From Nageia nagi (lineage: Eukaryota; Plantae; Pinophyta): a DNA stretch of 64,000 nucleotides. Location: the NCBI GenBank assembly GCA_050084985.1, contig JBITNC010000001.1:163928001-163992000 (forward strand), written 5' to 3'. The translations under genes and the position numbers were made by a program. The notes below the pieces were generated by a model, which saw only the letters and a program-made list of their open reading frames with translations, searched no databases and had not been told where the DNA came from. Shown here one piece after another: positions 25,030-36,451 of this stretch (positions within the stretch are counted from its first letter, which is position 1; each line of letters begins with the position of its first letter).

Positions 25030-25910
25030 AGGCATTCTCGACGTTCCCTCATTTTGGGAACACAGGGGAATGTCTCCCTCCTGTTCCCTTTTTGGGGGAT
25101 GACTGGAAGACATTCCCTGGAGGTGGGAACCTATTCTTAGACATCACCCGTGTTGGGAATGAGGAATAACTAGGCATTTCTTCGAAGTTTGGGCATCTAG
25201 GCTAAAAGGAAAATAAAAAATCATTTAACTTTTAAAAAACTTTGCCCAAAAAAAATGAATGGGGGTGGGTCCCACCAATGTCCCCACTCCTCCAAACCCT
25301 AATTGCAAGTTATTAAAGCATTGCAAAGTCAAAAACATAATCACATTTCTTATTTCCAGTAGTGAGAAAAAAAAACCATTGGGCTGATAGGATTGCCATT
25401 GGAGGCTCTTTAGTTGGATGATGAGGGGAGCTCATCAGATAACTCAGCAGAGGAGTAAGATCGTGGTGATAGCATTAATATACTAGTGCATGAGCCCACA
25501 GAGCCAAAGTTTTGATTTTGGTATTTTGCTGTTTGGCATATCATGTAATGTCTAGTCTATGTATTTAGTTTTACTGCTATGATCTCAGTATTACTATATT
25601 TCTGATTTCACATCTATCATTATGTACTAGATTGATACAGACGTAATGACATTATGTCAAATGGTCATGGCTCATTTTGATATTCTGATTGATACTTGAT
25701 TTCTAATTTCAGTTCCAAGTTTTGTATACATGATTGAATTGATAATAATAATGAATTTGAAACAATGAAATTTCTAAAATCCGAAAATTCTGGAGTTTTT
25801 TTTACTAGTATTATACTTATCGTTCCCCTACCATTCCTGAAGTGTTCCTTAAAAATGATCTCCCCCATTTCTTGTCCCTAGGAATGCATTCTCCTGTTCC
25901 TAGGGCCTAT
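25030..25910. mobile_element. Degenerate non-autonomous DNA transposon (hAT-like) with GGGGA/TCCCC-rich ends
   Basis: Clusters of GTTCCC/GGGAA(C) subterminal-type motifs at ~25040-25180 and ~25820-25905. No coding capacity. Confidence 0.35.
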
Positions 25911-25976
25911 TGTAACGTTGATATATTTATATAGAACAATTGAACTTATAAAACTGAAAGTTAAAAGTTAAAACAT

Positions 25977-25981
<5 letters not shown>

Positions 25982-26022
<41 letters not shown>
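25982..26022. repeat. (TA)~20 microsatellite between two ~45-bp direct repeats
   Basis: TTGAACTTATAAA.CTGAAA.TT.AAAGTTAAAACATCTA occurs on both sides (~25940-25979, ~26033-26072). Confidence 0.85.
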
Positions 26023-26026
<4 letters not shown>

Positions 26027-26099
26027 GAAAATTTGAACTTATAAAGCTGAAACTTGAAAGTTAAAACATCTAAAATATTAAATATTAAAGTTTTAACTT

Positions 26100-28900
26100 A
26101 CAAACCAAGTCTGAAATTCACATACCTAAGTCACATACACAGGTAAAAAAGTAAAAAACTTTTATATTGACTTTTTTTTCTTAGTTTTTCTGTTAATGAG
26201 ATAAGTTTGTATGTGAAACTCAGAAAATGTCTAATTCACATAAAAAACTGAAAACTGCCTAATTTGCATACAAAATTACTCAGTATTTACATACAAAACT
26301 GTTTTAATTTGCATAAAAAATTATTCAGTATTTACATACAAAATTGTTTAATAGATTTGTTTTGCATACAAAACGATTTAGTATTTAAATACAAAACTGT
26401 CAAATAGATTTGTTTTGCACACAAAATGAAAACTGTCTAATTTGTTGAAAATTATAAGCTGAAATTCAAATAAGTAAGTCATAGATAAAATCAAAATTTG
26501 AGCAAATGACATCAACATGTAAATCATCATATAATTAAATAATAAATACTAAAATCTGAATGTCATTTTAAAAAATCTGAAATCAATGATTTCAAATCAT
26601 GTAAACAGTAACAATGGTACAGTATAAGTATAATCACTATGGCTCCATTGTGGGAGTGCGCCTCCATCATCATGTGAGTTATCATCTTGCTGAATCTGAT
26701 CATCAAAATGAAGATTCTGATCATCTAATGCCACTTCATCCAAGTCGAACAATTTCTCATCCCTGTCAATTTGCTTGGCATCCTCATAACTAACATCCAA
26801 TTGTGCGGCCAAAGATTCTTTGTACTTTGCTTTGACTCTCTCTTGAAGGTGGAGGGAGCTATGTATTGCAACTGGCTTCTTTGCTCTATGAGAGGTAAGC
26901 CTATTACTCCTCACACTGTGGATGAAGTTGTAGGTTGAACAATAATTCTCAGTAGGAAAGAAACTAGCAACTTTTGCATCCTTCCCATAAAGTTGCTACC
27001 ATAGAAGATGATCCTTTTGCACAATGGTATCCCTATCCTCTATACGCTTTGGTCAACTAAAAATGGGGTCTCTAAGATTCACAAATTTCAACCACTCATC
27101 ATGAAGTGTTTGTGCCTCCTCCCTTGAGTACATCTTTTCAATGGTAGCCAAATACTCTTCACTAATGTCATCCTCATCATTTGGAAGGCACGTTTCTAGC
27201 CTTAGGCGCATACCACTTGAGGTTAATTGAATATGCTACCAAATGAAGAGGGGTGTTCATCTTATTCCTTCTTTGCTGAAAAGGAAGTTATATAAGGCTT
27301 TTTCTTTGGATTTTTTTTTTCATTTGCCCCAACATGCTGTCAAAGGTCTCATATATTTCTCTTAGGATAGGAGTCTCCTTATTAGCATCATCTAATAACA
27401 TCAACAATAAGGGAAATAAATGATGAAATGTATCTACAAGAAAAAAAAAATTCAAAATTCTATTAAATAATAATATATTTTAAAAGTTCTAAAGTTTTAA
27501 TTTTAAATTATAAAATAAAAATTTAAACTTTAGAATAAAAAATTCTGTTTTTACGTCACTTGAGGCCACCAATCCTCGTTCAAGAGTTTAACTCTCACCT
27601 TCTTTGCCTCCTTGGTCTTCGACTCTATCAACTTTTGTGGAGACAACCATATATTGCAATGTGTCTTGTATCTTAAGCATCATCTCTAATAAAATATAAT
27701 CAATTGCATATCTGGTATCTCTAGGTTTTATGAATTCCATTTTTGAATATGTCTTAAATGTTAAATATGTATGGTGGTTGCATATATACATTTGCACATA
27801 ACTAGGTTTTGCCAACATTTTTTTAATCCAAGATATCTTCCCAATGTCCTTCAATACATCATTCAATACATGAACACAACAAGGGGTACAAGATATGTGT
27901 CCAACATGATTGCAAATAGAACTTCCATCTATCAACGTTTGCACCACATTAGAGGCTCCTATCTCATCAATAGCCTCATTCAAAATAAGAAACTGGTACT
28001 TAGCATCCTTTACTTTCCTCAAGTAATTAATAAGTCAAAGAAAATAAAGTCATGCTGTACATGTGACTATGATATTAATGAGTGGATGTTGATGAATGGC
28101 AATCCACCCATCAACGATGATCTAGCAATCACTTGTCAACCATGTCTCCCTCATATCTTCCATAGTCAAACTACATTTGGAGTATTGCTTATCCAAGATC
28201 GTTGTACAAAACTTATGTTCTCTTTGAGGAACATATGAAGGATTTGCCTTGCATGCCATTTTGATTGCTTCTTTGAAATAGGGAGGGGGATCATGCAATA
28301 TGAAAGGGTAGCCCATGTGCAAAAACCAACTGAACCACATCACATCTCCTTCTTTTTTTGCTTTCACATTGTTTGGGACTTTTATCTTGTTGGCAATGGT
28401 GGCATGGTAAAAGGAGACCCCTCTTTCTTTGAAGCACCATGGGAAGTGGAACTCTTATGTGCAGCTAAAACTGAACTAATGCTTTTAACAGTTGGATGGG
28501 CCAACATTATAATCTTGGCCTGTTGGACAAGCCTATTTGTTTCTCCTATTTTTCTTTAATTCTTTCCTCCAAAAACCCTAATTCACATTCCTATTGTATC
28601 TGTGAGATGTGACTCTACCCTTATATAGCTGCCTTTAAAGTCTATTTTGCAAATGTGGCATTGTCATTTTCTTATACCCCTTGGTTATTTTCCTTTCTAA
28701 AGATTTGTGACAAATTGCAAGAGGGGTTTCTTGGGTTGAAATGGCCCCTTGGCATATCTTTTAAATATAACGAGGGGCATGCAAATGGGTTTTCTTCATT
28801 ATTGTAATTGCCCTTTATTGAAGGTTGATGTATTTGTATCTTCCTTCTCTATGGTTCTAATATGATTTAAGGTGCTTATGTGCTTTATGGCTCCATTGGT
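26100..28900 (-). mobile_element. Degenerate hAT transposon (BED finger, DUF659-like core, dimerisation domain) with CATACAAAA subterminal repeats
   Basis: Fragments CHICKIDFKGSYIRVESHL, CTPCCVHVLNDVLKDIGK, DTRYA and STYNFIHSVRSNRLTSHRAKK, with many stops and frameshifts. Confidence 0.8.
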
Positions 28901-29324
28901 GTGTTCTTAGAGAAATGACACTCATGTACATAAAAATTAAATTAATAATAGAATGTAAATCTCAATAAAATATTTCCAAATAAATCTTTACATGAAGCCA
29001 TACATGAAATGAGCTAATGGTTGTTGGCATTATACACATTACAAGCTTTAAGATTCTCAAATTAAACTTTTGAAAGGCCCCTAAGGTTGACATGTTTGCA
29101 TCTTCTTTCTTTGCAGTAGTAATATCCTTGAAGGTGGTTGGGTTGTTTATGAACTCATGCCTCAATATGCATGGGGAATGATCATAGAGAAACATGCAAA
29201 TTATAATTAAGTTAATAATGAAATGTAATTCCCGAGAAAAAAAAGAAAAAAAAAATGAATAAATTTCATGTACATTAATTGTAGTCCATGAACATATTGT
29301 CTCAACTTTTAATATTCTAAAAAC

Positions 29325-30940
29325 AAAGGAAAGAAAGAAAGGAAGTATATTAATGTCCTTGGGTGACCAAAAGTGATAGGACTATCAAGTACAATCATGA
29401 TCAAGAAACCAACAAAGCCCTTATAGGGCCCACCCTAAAGGAAACATAAAAATAACGTAATGCACATACAAATGCATCGGTATAAAGGATGGTCCAAACC
29501 ATAAAGAAAGGAAGGATGGTATAAAGGATGGGCCTCTTCAGTGGAGAGCATGTGGGTGCTCTCTGCATCGGGGAGGGATCTTGCTAGTCTTTGAGGGTTG
29601 TGCTTGTGGTATTGCTATTGGAGGGGACGATGTATGTGATCTGTTGGGTCCTCAGGGTAGCCTGGGGTCCTGAAAGTGTCTCTTGGTGCAACGTGTGGTG
29701 TGAAGAGGGTCATCATATTGTCTCCTATGCTCCCCCTCAATAGGAGAAGCTAAAAAAAAGGATGTAATGTGGTGGTCATCTGTAAGATGTTGAGTTCTAG
29801 CTAGAATATACATTTTCATAGGAGGAAGGTCTCTCGGAGATACAAAGCTAAGCAATGTTGATCATTGTACTAAAGGAATGTAGAAAATGAGTCGTGTGTG
29901 TCTCAGAAGAGGCAATGGTATCTGCCTCTGATCTTGTAGTAGATTGAGCATCGAAAGATAAATTGGTCTTCATACTTAGTCTCAAGAGAGCAAAGGTGAT
30001 AGACTCGCAAATCACGGGCTAGGTGGTGGTTCATCTTGATCATCAATGAATGGGAGCAAACTCAAAATTGTCCAAGGAACATCCTCAATCTAAGAGGAAG
30101 ATGCAATTTAATGTAGCCAAGTGGGAGGATTAGTCCTCTTTCGATTCAAAGATAATGCTATGAATAATGTGCCAATTTGGGTTTCAAAGGTTGTGAGATC
30201 CAAGTGCATTGGATAAAGGCCTTATAGTTTGTCTCACAGATCTTTGTTAGGGAATCTATTTAGGGGCTAGTCGATTCCCTTAAGGGCGTAGGTAGCCTAT
30301 CGAGAGAGAAACCAAATCTTTAAAGTGTCTTCGTAGCCTTGGCAAACCAACATTGGCGAAAATTCTAGGTGGTTTGGTCAATCGAGGAAGCCAAGACTCT
30401 GGTAGGTAGTCTAGTTGCAATGTCTTTAGGACCAAATAGCCTATGTAAGCAACGAAGGAAGAGGACTAAGGAAGCGATCTCCCTCACTTGAAGAGGCTGG
30501 TAGACAAACTTTGCAAGCATGATAGGGTGAAGTACCGCCCTCTTGCTATGAATGGAGCGAGATAATGTATTGACCAAGATCCTCTGTATTGTGGTCTAGT
30601 TTGCTACTCTCATACTGGGTCCTCAAACTTCAGCTCCATATAGAACCGTGGGGGTGACTAGATTCTAAAAGAGTTGTAGCTTGGACGGTATGTCTTGGAA
30701 GTGTTGCTGAATGCACTGTCTCTGTAAGGTAGAGACTACCGCATAACCTCAATGAACTCAAGGTGATGCTATTGTTCTCATGGAGAACCTGGGGCTAGAA
30801 AAGAGCACTCCCAGGTAGGTGTATGAGGTGGTGGTCTCGATGATATTATCATGGAAGGTGATTCGGGTTTGGTCCAACGTGGCTCTCGAGAAATTGAAGG
30901 CCACAACCTTAGTGACCATGGAACCCTTAGAGGGACTCAA
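29325..30940 (-). mobile_element. 5'-truncated non-LTR retrotransposon (RTE-X/L2-like 3' part)
   Basis: TKVVAF...YTYLGVLF (RT thumb), C-terminal CSLETKYEDQFIFRCSIYYKIRGRYHCLF, and a (TTTC)-like tail at ~29325-29345. Confidence 0.65.
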
Positions 30941-31499
30941 AACTAAGAAATGGTTGAAGCTAAAGATACAACACAACAAAATTAAATAAAAGTAACTAGA
31001 GCATGATACAAGATTGTTGTATAGAATATGTCCAAGAAATGATGGCAACTAAAACATGCAATTGGTTAAATGGAGTCTAATCAATGTTGAAATGTTGGGT
31101 TGAAGAAAAACTATTACCATTAATCACTGCAAAAGAAATGAGAAAAGGGTTGATGATGCTTGCAGGAGAGTGACCTAGGTTGATTAGGCATGGGTAGGTA
31201 ATCCTAATGGGATGCACACAACAACATTTTAAACTCTTATTACCATTCATTGTTGGTGAATCTATAAAGGATGACGAGAATTTGGTGTTGTGTTTATCTA
31301 GACCCAACCCATGAGGCATAAGGGGGAGTTGGTCCATGGTGGTGGAGAGCAATGACCCCCCTAACTTGGATGATATAGGGGGTCTTAAAGGTTCTTGTAG
31401 CAACCACTTGTGAGGGAATACATGACATTAAATGCTTTTACTTGTCCACTTGATTCCTAGTTGCATTCAAAGTGTATTTTGTGCCTTTAATACCTAAAA

Positions 31500-32100
31500 T
31501 AGAAGGAAAGAAGTAAGTTATCAATTAAGTGATTCTCAAGCCTTCAATAATGTATGATGCTTGAGAGTGATAGCTTATCAAATGTATAAATCCAAGTACC
31601 TTTTGTCTACATAGCGAAATAAGGTAGCAAGTGGACCTCGTGAGTGAGTCTTTGAATAAGTAGTAATACATGGCTTTAATCTCAAAATAGATTGGGCACC
31701 TAACCATGTGATTTTTAGTCTCAATATTCTAAAGAAAGCATAGGTTATAGATCTCATCATCTTAGGGAATGTGATGATCTATTTGTACTCACAATTGATG
31801 GGAGCAAACTCTTAGATGGAGAAGTAGGATCTGAATGCTACAAGTCTAATGTTGGTGAATATTGTTAGGATAAGTGGTGATATTATCCTCAGTTTGTAGG
31901 AAATGATGGGCATATAAATCTGATTTGGAGCTAAGAGGCTAGGAATGTTAACCTGAATATATTGTTCATAGATGCCCTCGCTGATTGCTTTATTGACAAA
32001 CTTACATCTTGTTAGGGGAGATGGGAGAAGTGAGGTGTGAAGGCACCAATGTAGGTGGTCCCTTGGTGATATTTAAAAACTCTTGATAGGTCCTACAACC
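31500..32100 (-). mobile_element. Shorter copy of the same RTE-X/L2-like family
   Basis: RCPIYFEIKAMYYYLF motif. It shares GATGGGAGCAAACTC with ~30048. Confidence 0.55.
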
Positions 32101-32542
32101 CACTAGGGTTAAAGGATGTTAAAATGTTGACTTTTTTTTTAATTGATTGAAAAAAATGCTTCCCGTTAAATTCTTGCATTGCTCTCAACTACCTAGACTT
32201 TTGGTGCCTACCCACTTAAATGACCAAAGGACTAATTATGTGCATTTGTACTTACCCATCACATAGTGACCCATCTATTTGAGTCCATGAAGATGAAGGA
32301 TGGTTTTCAAGATGTTCTCAATATGAAGCAAGCGTGAGGAGAACTTGGATTAAGTCATACAAAATGAGAGTGTCCTTTACAATGGCTTACACATTGTATG
32401 AGAAATCTTACAAAGTAGAGAGAGGCATATCTTGTACAATGATTATGCTTAAGATTGAGGGAGGGCCATGTAAATTGTACTCCTATGTATAAGATTTAGT
32501 GATATCAATTGACTAATGCTTGTAAAATAATCAAAACCTAAA

Positions 32543-34849
32543 TGTTAGAATAATATTAGTTTCCTAATGGTCAACTAGATGTTAGGGTTAAATAAAGTCA
32601 TTGTGATTATAGTTTATTAGTTGCTATTTTCAAATTAGAAACATTCTGTTTTAGATAGATTCTCCTTTTTATAAGGAAACTTTCCTTTCTTTCTATACTT
32701 TCCTTTTAGTAGTGTTTAGTTGTGTTCAATTGGATTGTTATTGTAATCTCTTTTTATACGGATAATGTAATTCAAACATGTATCGAATATTCCAGAATTA
32801 TAGCATGGTATCAGAGATCAAGTTATTGAAACTGGGTTGAGGAAGTTTTATGGGAATGTTGGACATGAGGTTGTAGCTTTTTTTGGTTGGATCTCGTGAG
32901 CTTCCTACTATGGAAGGAATACTTGGTTGGAGAGAAGACGTCATCTTATTCCCTAGAAGTTTGGATGAGTGAGATGTTTATGCGTTTTTCAAGATGAGTT
33001 TATTGCACATTTTTAACGTGGAAGAGGTTATCTTGCATACTATGGATACAAATGTGTAAGATTGTGAACCACATGTTGATGCACAATCAGAGAAAGACCA
33101 TCTTATTTGGTTTGGACGAAGTCATGAGATGTTGGAAGAGTCTGCACGAATATTTTTGTTGCCTTGATCATGGTTTTGGAAGTAGCTCTACTCTCTTGGA
33201 GGCAAATTTGTGTGCACACAATTGTGTTGTGGTTGTTTAGAAGTCATATTTGGTGGTTTCGTAGCCATCTTGGAGGTGGATATGTGAAATGGCTTTGGGG
33301 AGAATTTTGCAGTGGGTGGGTGTTTTGCTGGGCTGTGCGCTTTTCTGGGCAACATTTCTTTCTCCTGGCTTGATTGCTATCTGTGCGAAGGGGAGCTTTG
33401 TGTTACATGCATATAAAACTTGCAGATCTGTGTAAACCTTGTTGCATGCATTGAGGATGGTAAGAAAGGTCTTTGATCTATGTGAAATTCGCAAAACTGT
33501 CTGTCATCACAACTGAGACTCTGGTGCCTGGATAGAAGGGTTGGGTGCTGTGTGTGGATTAGACTGTATTCTTGCTGACAAAAAGTGCTTTTAGTATTGC
33601 AGATTCAAGGAGGGAAGAATAATAATATTGAAATAGTGGCTTTTGAAGTCATGAAGGTGGTTGCAACGAAATGCATTAGTGTGGAGGTGTTTCTAGTTTG
33701 GAGTGTGAAGTTTCTTGGTAGACAGAAAATCTAGAGGAGTACCTCCAACAATATGTCATGAAAAATGGTGTTGTTGATAGCAGCCCTGGATATAGTTTGC
33801 TCGTGGATGGCAAAAGGAATGAATATGGCCTGCTAAAAGAATTCATACATTCTCAAGGTAGTTGTTAAGAAGATGCCTTGGATGATGATAGTGGTCTCTG
33901 GGATGAGATCATATGTGTTGAACTTCTTACTGAGACTAAATAATTTTCTGTAGCAGAAATGGTTCAACGATCCATGGTTGTTGATTTGGTTGCTCATAAT
34001 CAGAACCACGATGTAGACTGTGTTTTCATGAACATAGTTGACTCAGCCACAATTGCAAATATTGATGAATAATTGGGTAGTATTACTGTGAATGTGTGTT
34101 TGTGTCAGCCATGGGATGGTGACTTGGATATGATATCCATCTTCCCTGAAGATGAAGACAACAATGGGATTGTTGTAGAACCATCGACAATAGAAGTTGA
34201 GGATAACATTCAACTTTTGGATGTTGACAATATTGATTTTGTTTATTAGGATGGACAAAAGGAAGAGGCCATACGAGGATGGAAAACATAACATGACCAT
34301 TGATTAGGTTGTTTGAGAGTGAGAGTTATATGGCTAAGGAATTGACATCCAATTATGGAAAACCATGGGTTGTATGTGCTAATGTCAAGGACAAAGGCAA
34401 ATGGTAAAAGAAGAAAGGACAGGGAAAAGAGAAGGATGCAAAGGTCATCTGGAAGAGAAGGATATGCAAAATGAAGACTTTCTGATGCATGGGAGTTGGA
34501 GATGACTATGCATTCTAAACTTGGAGTGGTTAAGAGATTGACCGTTAAGGGAGGGTGTTAGAATAATAATAGTTTCCTAATGGTTAGCTAGATTTAGGGA
34601 TTAATGAAGTCATTGTGACTATAGTTTATTAGTTGCAATTTTCAAATTAGAAACATTTTGTTTTAGATAGATTCTGCTTTTTATGAGGAAACTTTCCCTC
34701 TAGGAAACTTTCCCTCCAAGAAACTTTTCCTTCTTTTTATACTTTACTTTTATTAGTGTTGAGCTCTGTCCAACTGGACTGTTATTGTAATCTCTTTATA
34801 TATTTATTCTATAATACAAACATGTATCGAGTATTCTAGAATCATAACA
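32543..34849 (+). mobile_element. Non-autonomous LTR element (TRIM-like, 2.3 kb): LTRs 32543-32805 and 34556-34849
   Basis: Similar TGTTAGAATAAT...CA LTRs, PBS TGGTATCAGAG (tRNA-iMet) at 32806-32816, PPT AAGGGAGGG before 34556, degenerate TSD CTAAA/TTGAA. Confidence 0.9.
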
Positions 34850-35434
34850 TTGAAGAGAGCACTTTTTCAAGTTATTGAAGATCACAATGTTAGTTTTGCT
34901 AAGGTTGACCATGAGCAGATAGATGTCACAAAAGTGAGCAATTGCATCCAATTGCAATTGCAATGGCTAATGTCATTGTGAAAAATAACTACATTGTCAA
35001 CAAAGAATAGTATAACGATGAGAATGTAGTGTATAAATGATTGTTCCCTATTGTTGGTATGTTTTTCTTTCCTCACCCAAAACCTTGGAGGAAACAATGT
35101 TACTTGTTTCCGCTTTAAAGGATTGGTTACCCCAAGCGCACACATGGAATAGAGACTAGGGCATAGTGGATAAAGATGCATGTTGTTAATCGTATACAAG
35201 GGAAATACACCGTCGAAATTCGTTTCCACAAAGAAAGATTGCAAATATGAACGGAAGCGAAGAAAGATCACAAATGGAGGGATAGATGCATAGGATTATG
35301 AATAACGAACTTATGAAGGTATCACCAGTGATGCAGTGTCTCGGCAGGTCATCTTCGGATTTTTTAAGAAAATGTATTCACTTATCAAGCCAGGCAACAA
35401 ATAGCACAAGGCTTAAGTTACTACCATATGAGAG

Positions 35435-35858
35435 CAGGAAGCTATAGGGTTTGTGATGGAAGACTCAATGGAATGGGATGAAGGGAAAAAACCAACATGC
35501 GAATACATGAAATCTAACTGAATGACATAGAGATAAGCTATACGCCCCAAAATACATCCACTTACATGCAAATCATACAATGAACAACTTAAACTACTTC
35601 AAAAAATATTCAATTATCTTCACTTAAAACTCACAGTTTTAGGAGAATGAGTCAGGAAGTTGTAGGGTTTGTGATGGAAGACTCAATGGAATGGGATGAA
35701 GGGAAAAAACCAACATTCAAATACATGACATCTAATTGAATGACGTAGAGATAAGCTATACGCCCCAAAATAAATCCACTTACGTGCAAATCATACAATG
35801 AACAACTTAAACTACTTTGAAAAATATTCAATTATCTTCTCCTAAAACTCACAGTTTT
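35435..35858. repeat. Tandem duplication with a 218-bp period
   Basis: CAGGAAG.T.TAGGGTTTGTGATGGAAGACTC... starts at 35435 and 35653. Confidence 0.92.
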
Positions 35859-36451
35859 CAAAGAGAATGCATATAAGCAGTAAAAACTATTCAAATCAGC
35901 AAGAGAATCTTACAGGATAAGATGCATGATCCCATAAATGATAATCTTCACGTCATTTACTTCATAGAACAATTTCAGAAAGAAATAAACGCACAATGAT
36001 ATTCAACAACATAAACAAAAGCATTCCTTTCTTGATTGCAATACTCTCAATATGATATTCAAAATGAAATTGAGATGTGACAATATGCATCCATGATATG
36101 CAGCGAATCCCTTATGCAGCAAATCGTTATGCAATTAACAGTATGCAAAAAACTTTACACATGCAATCAGATGCAAAAATCTTCCGTTTTTGCAAATGCA
36201 AAAATCCCCTTCTAAATGGACCAAGTGGTAGAAGTGTTTCCCTAAAGGTATCAAATTTGATATGGTGTGCTCACACGCAACACACATATCAATGCAAAAT
36301 GTGATTGTTCACAAAAATGATGTAAGGGCTGACAAAATATAAATGCCACAACCGTAATACATCTAATCTACGTCTCATCTATTCAAAAGGAAACTAGATA
36401 TCAATAAATGTCTGAAATTTGAACCAGCGGGAGCAAAACCTCATCCCTACA

